Shown piece by piece: positions 12,757 through 27,198 of a DNA stretch of 64,000 bases. How positions within the stretch are numbered: the first letter of the stretch is position 1; each line of letters starts with the position of its first letter. The notes beneath the pieces are model-generated. The model made no database searches. It was not told the origin of the DNA and saw nothing but the letters and a program-made list of their open reading frames with translations. The DNA is from Paragordius varius (taxonomy: Eukaryota > Animalia > Nematomorpha), in contig OZ176050.1 of assembly GCA_964247055.1 (NCBI GenBank), positions 11,594,001-11,658,000 of the forward strand, given 5' to 3'. The position numbers and the translations under genes are program-made.

Positions 12757-15225
12757 ATTACTTGCCCTTTCACGCTTCGCTCTGTCGTAGTCTCACCGAC
12801 AACTATTCTTAACAATTTTCAATAAATAATGGAGGTAAAAAAAATATTAAAGAACATAAATATAAAGAATGTCTTTAATTATTCTTTTCCGGGTTTTTGC
12901 ATAGGTTCTAGTATTGTTTACTCGAAATCGACCATATTTAAACTTCATTTATTAAAGTTAATATTCAACTATCATTGGATTTATTTTAAGATATTCATTT
13001 TACAAAATGGTTAAAACTTTGATTTTGGAATTGGGTTTACACAGCTGGGATCAAGGGATATAAAAAGTAAATCATTTGTGGTTCCTTCTAAAGGAAAGAT
13101 GGATATTATACAAATTCCCCAGAAATTTGTTTAACTGAACTCGTATTTAAGTTTTTTTAAAAATTAACTTCAAAACACGGGTGGACCCCTACCCATAGAC
13201 CTATATGGAAAAAACACTGAGTCAAATTCTTTGCATTATAGGGAAAATATTTGGAATCCTCTTTGATACCATCATCTCATGGGTTATTCGAAAAAATACC
13301 TCAACACTAAATAATCGTTATAGGATTGCGTATTTTTAGGTAAAGGCCCAAAATTAACGGCTAATAAAAATAATGACCTTAATTTTACTTAGGTACGGGC
13401 GATATTTCAAGATTTTAATGAGCTCATATGACTTCATAAATTTTCTGAAAATAGCTCCAAAACAACCCAATTTCTATAGAGTGGCGCATTTTTGGCTGGT
13501 AGCTCCTTACCCAGGGGCAGGTATAAATAAACTTTGGGCAAATTTTTTGCCTTGATATGGGGAATATCTGGAATTATCATGAATTCCATATGTTCCTATT
13601 AGACTCATAGGTTTTTAGAAATTTGTCTCCAAAGGCATGCTGTATCGATATGGGGACGCAGTTTTACGCGGGTAGCCCCCTAACCAGGGGCGTAACAAAA
13701 AAACACTTGATCAAGATTTTTTCCTTAATTCGTCTAATACCTGGAATCATGATTGATTCCATATGCTCTCGCGAGATTTTCAAAGAATGGCCTCAAAATC
13801 AAAAATTCATTCTATAATGGCGCATTTTTCAGGGCAAGGGTCTTATTAAGGGGTAATTTAATAAAACCGCTCTTAAATTTTTGCCTTTTACAAGTAATAT
13901 TTCAAGCCCTTATTAACTCATATGGCCGGATAAGTTTTATAAAGTTTGCGTCCAAGGTCACGCTGTATCGATATGGTGGCGCTACCCAGAAGTCAATATA
14001 AAAAAGACGTTCAATAAAAATATTTTTCTTTATAGGGGAATATCTAGAATAATCATTCATTCCTTATTTCTTAGTTTTTGGAAGAATGGCTTCAAAACTA
14101 AATAATAGCTCAATGGCGCATTTTTTAGGGCGTAAAGGGCCTAACTAACGGCTCATTTTAAAAAAACCACTAGACTTAAATTTTGCCTTTTTACGGGTAA
14201 TATTTCAGGCTCTTAATAAACTTATGTGGCCTGATAAGTTTGAAATTTAACTCTTAAACAACGCCATATTCATATGGTAGCGCAGTTTTAGGCAGGTAGC
14301 TCCCTACCCAGAGGTCGATAAAAAAAGCCCTCGATAAAACTTTTGCCTTTTTACGGAGAATACCTGAAATCATGATTGATTCTATATACTCTCATTAGCT
14401 TTCGGAAAAATAGCCTCAAAACTGAAAAATCATTCTATGGTGGCGCGATTTTCAGGGCGTGAAGGGCCTAATAAACGGAAGCTTGCCACCTAAATATTTG
14501 CCTTCTTACGGGTTATTTTAAGCATCTATAGAACTCATATGGCCTGATAGGTTTTTTGAAATTTAGCCCCAAGGCTATTTCTATATGACGGGGCAGTTTT
14601 TAGCGGGTATCTCTTGCCCAGCACCCAATATAAAAAACGCACGACTAAAATGTTTGGCTTTTAACTGGGAATATCTGAAATCCTTATTGAATTTTACGGT
14701 ATCATACTTTGAGCGAAAAATAGATTCAGAAAATTATTTTTATTATTGCAATTATAAATTAACTAAAATTAAATGTATTTATTCGGTGAATTTTCTATCA
14801 CTACTAGTAATCTCTAACGTAAAAAATTAACATATAAACTAAAAGTTAAAGTATAATTGTGGTTTTTTGCAAATAACATTTTACGAAAGGAGCAGGTAAG
14901 AGGGCCTCAATTAAAAAATCGAGCCGACTATGTTCGGCGCAATAAAAAGTAAAAAAAATAAATGAAATCGAGTCCAACACGTTTCACGGAAAATTATCAC
15001 AAAGACACGATTTATGTGGACTTGTGATTTCAAAAAACCCTTTTTTTACACGGGGTGAGCCTGAACTGGGGGCCTAATTTAAAAAAACGGCGAGGCTATC
15101 TTCGAGGCATTCAATAATCGTTAAATTTTTTTGACATTTGGATTTAAATGGGTCTACCGGTTTTCCGGAAACAGATCACAAAGCTATCATTTTCTATTCT
15201 CCTTTTCCGTCAAATATTAATATAT
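12757..15225 (-). mobile_element. Helitron copy 2, decayed termini, ~10 internal subrepeats
   Basis: Collinear with 26-1519 (for example actcgaaat.gaccatatttaaact..cagctgggatcaa.ggatataaaaagtaaatcatttgtgg). Repeat units at about 13229, 13380, 13545, 13720, 13878, 14025, 14178, 14340, 14495 and 14650. The terminal CTAG is lost, so boundaries are approximate. Confidence 0.7.
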
Positions 15226-16673
15226 GTTGTGATTTGTGTTGTGTCAAAGCTTTAAACCTTATATTGTTGTCTATATTAAAAATTGTTTTACCGGTTTAAT
15301 GCAAAATATTTAAAAATTTAATTTTAACATATACATTTTATACGTTTATTAAATTATACCGAATCAAGTCTATAGCATACTAAATTAATTGGAGAGTTGT
15401 ACGTATTCTAATTGCTGTATTTTCTCCGTTACATATCTTCTGAATACCAGGCACAAATCAGCCCTTAAATATCAGCAAAATTCTACTTTTTTATATTGAT
15501 TAGGAATTTATAGTTGCTCACCGCTTTTGTCATTTGCCTTTAACCACCATATAATTGATTTTAAATAAATGTTGTCTGCTTTTGAAATAATATTTAGACT
15601 AGGGTTGCAGGTGGTGCTTCAGAATTTTCCAATCGACGAAAACAATTAAAAACCAAATAAATACGACATTTCATAATAGAAAAAATTTTGGTAAAATCAT
15701 AAAATTTATATCATTTACTTTAAATTTAAAATATTATATTTTAACAATAATTTATTCATAAATATATCTATTTTGTTTATTTATAATTAGTTTGGTAATA
15801 GGTCCTCTTAGGGCCGTTTAATATATATTAATACTTATTACCCTTAAATTGGATTTCAGGGATTATTATGAGATTTAGGTAAAAATTACCATTATTTAAA
15901 ACTTATATAGACCAAACCAGGAAAATAAAGTTTAATTCCTGATTTTTAAAATATAGGTATTCTAAATATATTAAGTTCAAAATTGTAATGAAATAAATAG
16001 TAGATTTAGTGGTTTTAATTTTTTTACAGTCCGCTATTTTTGGCCCACTAAGTTATTTATGTTGGCCCCTGATTCAGGCCTATAACTTTACAAAAATTAA
16101 ATTGTTAAAAGATTTATGGTTTATTATTATAAAGGGTATTTTGAGTAAAACGATTTTCCTTATGGACCTAAGTTTAAATAATTTATGAATATAAATGAAT
16201 GCTTATTATGTGAGAAATATTTTTTAGTAGTTTAATTAAGTTTTAGTGTGTTAATAGAAAGTTTAAGTTATGTTAAAAAATGTTTAATGCCCTGTATGCT
16301 TGGCTGAACAATACTACAATTGTAGGCAGAAAACAACTAATTAACTTTTTTAAAAGAACGGTTTAATTTGAATTAGAAAATTTTAGTTTTAATCCTGATT
16401 ATACATAACAATCCAACCCGGTTGCCTCGTTAAATTCAATTTTATCCAAATAATCCTACATATCTGGATATACTTTCCTCACCAAAAAAGTACAAAGTGA
16501 TTTAATTATGTTACAAAACAATAGATATGGATAAATATTTATTTAGTTTTTTATTAATAAAATGGGATATCATAAAATATTATGTTTTATAAAATTATGG
16601 GAGATATTGAGCAGTAGCATCACAATGATTGAGCTGGAACACATTCCACATATACGGTTTCAAAATTTGGACT

Positions 16674-17757
16674 TCACTTTGTTTTTCGGAGTTTGGCTCT
16701 GCGATTCTTAAACCAAATCTAAATATCAAAAACGGACATTAAAGCAATGAAATTAAGAATTAATTTTACGTATTTTTAAGGAGTTAAGCAAGACAATGTT
16801 TTTTACCTCGATTCTTTCTTCACGCAAATTAATATTGCTAGCCAATTGTTCTCGTTCATGGATATCGGGGTAAGGAGATTTCCTAAACGAAAGTTCCAAT
16901 TGTTCGATTTGGTGATCTGTGTAAATAGTTCTATGCCTCCGTCTCCGTTTTTGTTTGAGTGTCGTGCATAAATCCTGAACACTAATTTCGGGTAGGACAG
17001 AACCGTCAGTCGTATTCGATTTATGATATGTTTCACTCATCGTATTATCAACATTATTTGTGGCTGTAGAAATAATGGAGAGACAATTATCAAAGGAAAA
17101 CACCCTGGAAGTCCCATAATGCTGATTTATACCACCAAGGAGAAATGGAGATAGTAAATTACTTTTTGAGGATGTACTACCACTGCTATAGAAGCTTTTA
17201 GTTTCATCGTCATACGAACTATTATTACTGGTTGAAGATAAGCGAGTGTCAATTGCTGACCCAACCCCATCATTCCTAGGTAAATTTGTATTCGCCGAAT
17301 CGATCTCTACATTCTCAACGTAGAAATCTATGTCTTTGCGTGTTTTGTTTAAACTTTCGTGAGTTGTTATGTCTAAAGTCTTGGTAGGGTTAAATGGTAG
17401 AAAATCAGACTTTAAAAATGGGGTTGTTGTCGATGCCCACAGACTGGCATAATATCTCTGTAAGGATTGTATATACTGGCCATATAGAAGTTGCTGATAC
17501 AAGGAGGATGCGTTTGAAGCATTCAATATGGCTTCGTTAAAGTAATTGCTGATATAGCTCTCATTACAATTATTGTTGTGATTTGTGGATGTTAGACCAA
17601 AATATGTAGATGTTTCATTTCTACTATTATTAGCATTGGGAATCGATAGATTTAGTGGGTTCATTGAAGTTAAAAATTGATTTTTTAGCAAGTTATTATC
17701 GGAACTGAAACCCATAACGCAACTGGTATTGTTAAATGGTATGCCAAATTGAAGCAT
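16674..17757 (-). CDS. gsc: Goosecoid, PRD-class K50 homeodomain transcription factor (2 exons, 331 aa)
   Basis: Exons 17757-16807 and 16718-16674, with an 88-nt intron at the PRD-class homeodomain 46/47 position. Homeodomain [48 protein letters not shown]|[12 protein letters not shown] has K50 and Gsc-diagnostic RHRTI, REQLA and LREERxE. An eh1-like FSFDNCL lies upstream. Confidence 0.88.
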
Positions 17758-20652
17758 AAAAATGAGTTTTGAAACTTTTTTTTCAATTATAAGTTTTTAT
17801 AATTGGTACTATAAGGTATTTTATAAAATATATTTGCCTATCATATTAAACATTATTCAGAAGATAATTATAATGATATATGTATTAAGATATTTAAAGA
17901 TATTCATATTAATTAGTTTTGTTAATGATATAAAAGATTATTTTGTTATTTATTTAAAGGATTAAAATTATTGAATTGAATATATGGATGTATATAATGT
18001 TTGAATAGGTGTATACATACATGCCCATGTATGTTTGTTTATGGAACAAAAAAGGACAAATTTCAATGAGTTTATTTTCAAGGTAGACTCCAAGTCTCCC
18101 ACAATTTAAAATATCACTTCAAAATGTCTTGAACAATATTTGTAATATAAACCCTCTCTTGTTTATTAAAAAACTAATTAAGACATATTAATATTGCATA
18201 ACAATATTGAATAATGGTATACCATGTAGTTAAAATATAACGAATAATTATTAAAAACTACTTTTGTCTTTGTGTGTGTGAAAATTTCGGTATTTCTTTT
18301 TTTTTTCATTTGAAAGGGTGATACTTGTAAAGAAATCACTTGAAAATGAGTGGGAAAACAGATAATATATCCTTACAAATATACTATTACCTTATGATAT
18401 TAATTAAATGTTTTACAACAGACATTTTGGAACCTGGGTCTATAAAAAACGCAACCGTATATGTTGTTCTTTTAGTTACCTGTAAAATACTTAAAAATAT
18501 CAGGAGCAGAAAATGTAAGTAAAAAAACTTTCCCACACGAAGATATATTAAAGTTTTTTTAATTAATCTCATTATTTTTATTAAAAACAACATAAAAATA
18601 ATATTAATTTGTGGTAATATGTTTTACATATTAAGCTTCCTGTCTTTTAAGTGTCTGTTGTGAAAAAAATATTTATTTTTTAAGATTTCGTGACTATTTC
18701 ATTTGTTACCTATTAGAGTCTCACACAATTTAATACTAAGTTTTACATCTCCATATCTAATTATAATAACTCTATATATTTCGTTAATTATATTAGATTA
18801 ATTTAATTAGTAATTATTACTACACATACTTCAGATAGATAGGTAGTGTTTTTAAAATCGTAGACTTTCTGGCGCATAATCCAAAAGGGGTGTTTTTGTG
18901 AAAAATCATATAATTTTTTTACTTATATATTCACTAAGGTATTTATAATTAAAGACTTTACAGGGGAGACATAGTGTCACCAAAAATGTCGTTTATTATT
19001 CAATAAAATATATTTAAATATATAAATTTAAATTTTTTCATTTTAATTTAGTAAAAATGTAAATTGGTAAGTGGAGTATTTACAAGTGGTCATATAATAT
19101 TAATTTTATCATAATACTCATCTTTTAAATTTTTAATAATGTAATTTTAGATATTATGCCTGAAATGAAATTGTTTGTCAATTATATTAGATTATTCATT
19201 ATATGCATTTATTTACATAATTTCAAATTTTTGATTTTATATTTTAACCCTATAGCAGGTTGCTATGCGAACATAACATTGATACATTGTCAACAAAAGA
19301 AGTCTCTGTTCAGTAAATGGCAAAAAAGCCTAAAATAAAGTTTTTAAAATACAAATAAATAATTAATTAATTATAAATAAATTTTATATATAAATTGTTT
19401 ACAGTTAAAATTTTTGCGTTTTGACCATGCTCATATGCGTTGCAATATATTATTTGGGTGTGCCGAGAAATCTGATAATATCGTATCATTTATTTATGGT
19501 TTAATGAATACTTTTAGGGATTATATACCGTTTTGATTAAATATTTTTGTCATAAAGGTTATCAGTGAGAAATGAAAAAAATAATTAATAAAAAATAAAC
19601 TTGATAAGTAAATTCACATTAATTCATCACATATTTATCTTTTTGTATACGCGATGGCATTTCGGGGTAGTTTTTACCACAGAGCTTGAAAACTGCTGTT
19701 TAAAAAGTTGTTTTGGTTAAAATTTCATAATCAAGCTCTCTTCTCCCTCATTAGATAAAAATTTGCAATTAGGCTTTCCCGAGTTAATTATTTATATTTT
19801 TAACCAATATATGCATTTGTTTTCCAGTTGTATTAATTTAAAAAAATTAAAAGAAAACAATGGCGGTCGAAAATTTTGAGATGAATTTTTATGTTTCATT
19901 TTTTAAATAATTTTTTTTGTGTAATGCGCCTTAGAGTTATAGAAAGCATATATTTAGCCCAATGTTAAAAATATATTTTAAGATTTTCAATTTTTCAATG
20001 GTCCGAGGGTATAAATTTACTCCAAAAGGACATAATGTGTGAATATTGAAAACCGTTTTGATTTCAAGGTGAAATATTTATAAAATCAAGTTCGTATATA
20101 TAATGATATCGTTTTGTTAATATAAACATTACTTTTAATTTTTACAGTATTTCTGTCACGTTCACTTGGTAGTGACGGTGTTTTAAAAATCAGCTTTTCA
20201 AATTAGTGACCTGTCTGTGATCACATCACTGAAGAAAATGTATAAAGCCATAATTAAATTCAAATGAGGACGCTTCCCAAAAATCACCGCAAAGCGATGA
20301 TTGTTGGTATACTCAAAGACTAATTTAAAAATTAAACCATTATATCTTTATCTTTAATTTGTGAGGATTTTATTAGCGAAAAACGCTTACAAAGTCGGAG
20401 CCAAGATTTAGGCGAACGTGTTTCGATTATGTTTGGATTCAAAAAAGGAATAAAAATTTCCTTTAAATGGACATTCCCATTTTTCCAATTAGCTTGAAGA
20501 CACAATTTTATTAGGGGCGAGATAACGCGGAAACCATTTCAGATAAATGATTTTATTATGCTCTGTGCATTCACTACGAGCAAAAATATCTTTTGTAATA
20601 TTTGAATGGTACACGATTTTCGGATTCCTTCAAAATTAACATTTTATATTTA

Positions 20653-20928
20653 CAGTAAAAATTAAAATTATACGGACAAAATGCAAAAATATAAAGACAA
20701 ATTTTATCTAAAAAATAGCCATACTTTTATAAACCTTAATTATTCATATATAAGCTATTTGGTACAATTGTAAGACATAGAATTGATTGTGCTATTAATA
20801 TATCTCTATTCCACCATTTACTATTTAAAACAATGAGTTTTTGAAAAATTAAAAAGTATGGTTGTCTTTCATTAAAAAATGTTTGTCTTTATTTTTTCGT
20901 TTTGTCCGTATAATTTCAGTTTTTACTA
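20653..20928. mobile_element. Palindromic MITE, Tc1/mariner-like (TA-flanked, CAGT terminus)
   Basis: Left arm ta|cagtaaaaattaaaattatacggacaaaa..aaagacaaa..ccatacttt is the reverse complement of the right arm aaagtatgg..tttgtcttt..ttttgtccgtataatttcagtttttactat|a. Confidence 0.6.
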
Positions 20929-22108
20929 TAAATATATAAGTACAAATGAATACACTGACTCACTGCCAATCTTATGTAATTCAATTTATAAATCTAAGCC
21001 ACAGTTAATAAAGGAATTATACCGATATAAAATATGACATAGAACTTCAATTATGGCAATATCAAACGTAATCTTAACATAATTGAATTTAATGTATAAT
21101 AATTAATATAATAGGGAATCAATATAAATATCAAGAAAAAAATATTTTTTTTGTAGGATACATGATTCCCATGGTGCTTTTAGATTTTTTGGGGTTACGA
21201 TACAATCAAAAGAATTATTTTAATTTTATAGTAAATACAGAAACGCAAGCAAATTTAGATACTTTTGGTTAAATATTATTTGTTAAGGTTGCTTTAATTA
21301 TCTTAATATTTATGTATTATATTTTAAAAGTTAAACAATGTTTATATTATAAATTTTTTAGTTCTCATAAGATCAAAAATCCGGAGTAATCAAATATTTA
21401 AATTTATTTTAAATTATGAAAACATTTTTTTGGAACATTAATTTTTTGCCAAATTTGTTGGACCGTGTTTAAAGGCATTTTGGGGCATAAAAAGTTGGTT
21501 ATTCCTAATTTTTCTATCCTTTCAGAATTTTGAATTTAGAGCTTTTTCGCTACTAACTTTTATTTTAGCCTAAACTAAACCGAATTATACAAAGGGTTTT
21601 AATATTGTTTTATTTTTATAAATTTTTTCATTGCTTTATAATACTTTAAAATAAACTTCAACAAAATTTACTATAAAAAGGTGGTTAAAGAAGCATGCTT
21701 TTTTAAAAAATGATTTCGATGTGACAATCTTACTTTCCTATTTAAAAATTATTTTATCGCTCCATCGGCCTCAATTTATCAGCACATTAACTTGTCTTAA
21801 CGGGTTTTATAAATGCATTCTGAATTAGACATATTATAATAAAAAACTATTTATTATATATCATCACATATTTTAGATCATTTGTTTACAATCAAAAAAA
21901 TTAATTAGTTTGCGTTAATATTGCGTTTATGAAAAAATATCATAAATTAATGTAACTTTATATTTGGTCCGCAAACCCCAAAACAAAAAGGATCCTAACA
22001 ATTTTAATATATTCTAGCATATTTATGTATTTCATTTAGATATTTTCAATATCCCCGATTTTGTGCTCTCTATGAAAATTCAATTAACTGTTGATTATTG
22101 ATTTAAAT

Positions 22109-24083
22109 CAGTGATACACAAACCGCGGCCCGCGGGCCGCATGCGGCCGAGTGCTTTAAAATTTCCCTATGACCATGTTGATACTTATATCTTATTGATG
22201 AATTATCAAAATACACATAAACGAATTGCTCATTTTGATATTAATTTATTTTCTTTAGATTTAATTTTGGTAATTTCATTTTTTACCCAATTTGAAATGC
22301 AGAAAAATTTCACCTCATTAAAATGATTTCAAAAATCTTAGCACACGTTGTTTCTGTTTCTGATTTCTATTTTCTTTTCTAATTTGAAAATTTGTTGCAT
22401 TCCTTTTTTGTTTTTAGGCAAGCTTTTCACCCAAACTTGTATGTACATATTCTTTTCATTGCTATCCTGCGCTATTTTTTATACTTATTCCCAAATTCAA
22501 AACTTCATTAAATTTTGACCTGCTTTTTATAGCATTCATACATTCCTATTTTTTTGAAAAAAATTACATAATATTTAAAAATAAATTTAAATTGATGATT
22601 AATGCTAAAAAACGTAAATTATCCGATGAATCGCTCCTTTAAAAAGAATAAGAAAAATTCTTTTTCGTTTTAAATAAAAATGTTGATACCTGATATGTAA
22701 CGACAACATAATTATAAAAAAATACAATATGTAAGACCTATCAATGTGCGCTCTTCGTGAGATTTTGCAACGAAAACATAATCAACGAGAATTTAAAATT
22801 TTTACCAATGAATAATACCACAAAGAAAGTTATTTTCTCGAACTAATTAGCACTTTTTACGATAATAATGGCATATATATGAAAAAATTGAATTCGAGCA
22901 CAGATGGCTGTCCCTCTATGATTGGAATAAACAAAGGATTAAATCCTCTATGGAAAAACAAATATAATATGCAAAATATTTTATCCTTTCACTGCTTTAT
23001 TAATCAGCAAAACTTGGTTTCGCGTGTAAAAATAAATCACTATCAAACGGTTGTGGATATAGTTAACTACATCCGTGGCAGAAAATTCAACCGCCGTAAA
23101 TTCAAAAACCTTCTGTAAGATATTCACAGTGGTTTGATGATTATTACTTATAAAAGATAACAGAAAGTTTGACGAGGAATAGTGACAAATATGGGGTTTA
23201 TTAGCCTACGTGTGCGACATTATTTATATACTTGATATTTTAATACAAGTCTTCAAGGGTGCAAAATAATACCCAATTTGCTAACCAAATATTTTCTTTT
23301 TAAGAAAAAATAATATATATAAAGAAGATTTATTAATTAAAACACTCCTATATATTCCAACACTTAAAACGATTCCTAAAGAAAATATAGAATTTACCGC
23401 TTATTAATTTAATAATATACAATCATTTAACCTTTTTATCTTATGAGAAGAAGTTCGAATTTCTAGAATTAATAAAAATAAAAATGCTTAATCCTTGAAA
23501 ACATGGCATATGGAAATCTTCCATATTGAGCAACTTAAGCATTTCAATTTTGATCAGGCGGATATGATTAATAAATTTGTACATTTTAAAAATGATTCCA
23601 ATTTGGAGGCTATATTCAAGGAGAATTGTAGAGAAGAAAGATATGTAGAGTTTTGGCAGGATGTGCCAAATAAATAAGAAAATATAAAAAAATGTGCTCA
23701 AGTTAGCCTAACTCTTTTTCCCTCTTACACGTGCGAGACGGCATAATCAGAAATGAAGTATGTCAAGAATACATGCAGAAATCGCTTAACCGATGATCAT
23801 AGGACGACGTATTAAGATTGGCCTGTCATGAGGCGAAACCAAATTTGTCAAAAATTATTGGTTAATATCAAAATAAATGTTGTTATCAAATATTTCAATT
23901 TTTTAAACTAAATGGTGCAAAACGAGTTTTTAGCTGGATTTACATACGATCCGCAAAAAATTCATTGTGTTGAATATATGTGCATATGTGTCAAATAGCT
24001 AGGAAATATTTGTCATTGTTCATGGCCCTCGAAAAAAATATATTTTATTTAGCCCGTCAAATTTTTTTTGGTGAGTACCACTG
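22109..24083 (+). mobile_element. Decayed hAT (Charlie/SPIN-like) DNA transposon, copy 2
   Basis: Termini CAGTGATACACA / TGAGTACCACTG. Perfect 8-bp TSD ATTTAAAT (22101-22108 and 24084-24091). Transposase fragments STDGCPSMIG..FHCFINQQNL..VVDIVNYIR..RKFKNLL, and dimerisation-domain EFWQDVP..YTCETA..MKYVKN..RNRLTDDH, interrupted by stops. Confidence 0.9.
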
Positions 24084-24499
24084 ATTTAAATTCAGGTGTT
24101 TGTTAGAAATAGGAGCTCCTCCAATTTTGGACTGTCGATCTTAAACTAATTTTTTTCTTTTTCTTTAATAAAATAAATTGTTTCATTCCAAAACACCGTA
24201 TAGTATTTTATCTTTAAAAAATATCATCGAGGGGCAAAAAATAAATATAATTCACATAAATATATAAGATTCAAATATTAATATACAATTCTTAAATATA
24301 TATCCTAATTGTTAAATTATTTGGGGATATTTTAAGATACATTTTGAAAATCCATAAAATACCGATGATATTGAGTATTAAAAAATATATTGAAATTGCC
24401 TTTAAGGTAAAAAAATATTTTGAAAGAATTAAATTAAAAAGTCCATTTTCCATCTTCATAGGTTTATAGGTAAACCATAATATCGAGAATTTTAGGACT

Positions 24500-25750
24500 A
24501 TATTAACGAAAATGCCTCTCTAGTCACCGGAGTTAGCGGATGCTATGGTTAAGGTCCAATCATTTGTACAAACCGCATGATCTCCCATCAAGATTTACAT
24601 TTTCACCTGTTAAATATAATGCAAGATAATCACTCATTAAGTTGTTGTTGAAAAGAAGCCCATCCTTTTAAACTATTCTTATAAAGTAGACGACGGTCAT
24701 CAAATTTGCCAAAAGTAATCCGGTGTTAATGCAGTTAGGGCATATCCACCTATGAACTATGAATCAATTTTTCCTATTCTAGTTTTCTACCTAATATTAG
24801 AAGGCAGGCACGTCTCAGGGTTAAACCCTTCACATGACACCTGCTACAGTAATCAATGCCTTGGGCAACGAAGTTCTGAATACGCTCTTTGGCATCATCG
24901 GTTCTGCGATTTTGCTATTTCTAACGGTTTCGAGGCATCATAGCAAGCCTTAGCTAAACTAATAAAATATTTTAAAATTTTATAAAGAGTTAAGATATAA
25001 ATATATCAAATTTGTAAGCTAACTTCTAACCGGATATAGAGTTTAATACCATGCCGCATCAGTCAGACCAATACGGTGTTAGAAGATGGTGAGGAATAGT
25101 ATAAACCCCCTTTATGTTTTGTTTCATCTACCTTTTCCTCGCACCACTTCTCCGATGGAAAAGGAGTTCTTTCTCTATTTGTTTTCTTAAGGAAAAGCCT
25201 TTCCAGTGTGTAGCGGTTATTAAAACTTTAGCTTCTGCATACACGCCTCGTAAAACGTGCTATAACCATATTTATAATACCAAAATGATTGGTGCTAATT
25301 ATAGTTTTCGATCAAGCACCTCCAATATCAAACATCCATGATTATGCCATATTTGATATCAAGTATATTAAAACCCGCCACACACTTAATCATATTTAAT
25401 AAAAATTACGTCATTGAGTTAGAAATGAATCTTTACTCATTTGAAAACATCGCCAAATAAACGCTACAGGTTCTATTTTGTAAGAACTTGCTTTGTGGAT
25501 GCATTTAAAGTAGACCAATTATGCATATAAGCAATTTAATTTTACGGCTGCCTTTTTAGATCGCCATAAACTCATCAGGCCCGAGGGCCCCTATATATCT
25601 ATGTATAATAAAAGTTGCTGGCCGATAGATCTCAACTTCTCGTATGACCTGGATACCGCTATAAGCTTTTTTCCAGAATTTTCCTTTAGGCCAATATTTT
25701 AATTGTCCCCACCATATCTGCTCGTGAGCCGGTTAACAAACTGCATCTAA
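24500..25750 (-). mobile_element. Decayed non-LTR retrotransposon (RT region)
   Basis: Minus-strand fragments ALGPDEF (compare KAPGPDG), HVLRGVYAEAKVLI and SSPSSNTVL (compare LSPLLFNxVL) occur in RT order. Heavily disrupted; boundaries approximate. Confidence 0.5.
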
Positions 25751-26187
25751 ATAAATAACGCTTATAATTCCAATATCTGGGGTCTAATTTAGATAATAAC
25801 TAGTAATTTAAGGGATATAACGCGTTTTTAGATTAATTTTAATATAACGGTTAAGGTAAAAAAGAAACAAGAGGACAAACTGATAACGTAAAAACGACTA
25901 TGACCATGCAAAGTTCGATATATATGCACAAAATTGTTATGTAAAACTCCAAGTCGAAATGTGAGTATCGAAGAGTGCCAAAAAAACTATACTACAGTCA
26001 TAAATATAATTAACGAAGAGTTTCCCATTTCAATATGTATTTTTAGCTTTCTAATACGAAATCAAGAAAAGGCGAGGGTATATCTTTGGATATCGTTGGC
26101 GAATGCCAGTTAAGGCACACCGGGAATGTTTAAACTTCGCTAATAAAAATTAAATAAATATGCCAAAATATCTAAATAAAATTTTGT

Positions 26188-27161
26188 TTAACACTTGGAT
26201 ACAACACACTCATTTTAGTCCTTCGATTCAAATTGGGGTAATTGGATACCCCAAGCCTGTTTAAAATCAAATACTTAAAAAAGTATGGAAGGAAGGAATC
26301 GAAACCATGGCAAAATTTTGCACTTATATAACATTAATAAACCGAAATATATAAAAAATTTTATTCAAAATTTTTTGATATTACTTATTTTAAGCTAATA
26401 CAGAAAGGTAAAAATTTCGTCAACGTGACATGTGTGAGGTAATATTAAAAACAATACAAATAAACCGCTTTTTCTATATCTATCAATGTTAGATGTAATT
26501 AAAATAAAAAATTAGTTTTATTACCCTTAAAATTAAATGAAGACAATATTTTGCAAAAATTTTGTGAAATAAAAATGGCGTCGAAGTAGTTTGATATAGA
26601 ACCTTTTTTTCAAAACAAAATTTTAGTCAGATATTTTGGCATATTTATGTAATTTTTATCAGGATAGAAGCATAAATTTAAATTGAGACCGTTTCCCTCA
26701 GTAGTTTTTTAAAAATATAAATTTAAATTTAGTCTGGGGTATTTAGATACCCCAATTTGAATCGAAGTGTTAAAAAAGTTCCATGTCAAACTACTTCGAC
26801 GTCATTTTTGATTTACAAAATTTTTGCAAAATATCGTCTTCATTTATTTTTAAGGGTAAAATTACAGATAATTATTTATTTATATTACATCTAACATTGA
26901 TAGAAATAGAAAAAGCGGTTTATTTTCACATGTCACGTTGACTATATTACCTTTGGGTTTTTGCTTAAAACGTAATATCTAGTATTTTTGAATAAATTTT
27001 TTTATATATTTCTGTTTATTAATGTTATATAAGTGCAAAATTTTGCCATGGTTTCGATTCCTTCCATATTTTTTAAATTTAATTTTAAACACGCCTGGGG
27101 TATTTAACTACCCCAATTTAAATCGAAGGACAAAAATGAATGTGTTGAATTCAAGTGATAA
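26188..27161. mobile_element. ~970-bp fold-back element with ~420-bp inverted arms, TTAA/piggyBac-like termini
   Basis: Arm ~26188-26610 is the reverse complement of ~26770-27161 (for example ggaatcgaaaccatggcaaaattttgcacttatataacattaataaac). The left end is TTAA|CACTT. An extra internal terminus (ggggtatttagataccccaatttgaatcgaagtg|ttaa) lies at ~26735-26772. Confidence 0.7.
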
Positions 27162-27198
27162 AATGAATTTTTAAAATATTAAAATTTCACGCATTCAC

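Noticed and set aside
26040-26160. GYIFGY..AHRECLNFANK as a remnant of the missing TRNAU1AP RRM1
   Set aside because: The similarity is only a few residues, the frame is closed by stops on both sides, and there are no compatible splice sites.
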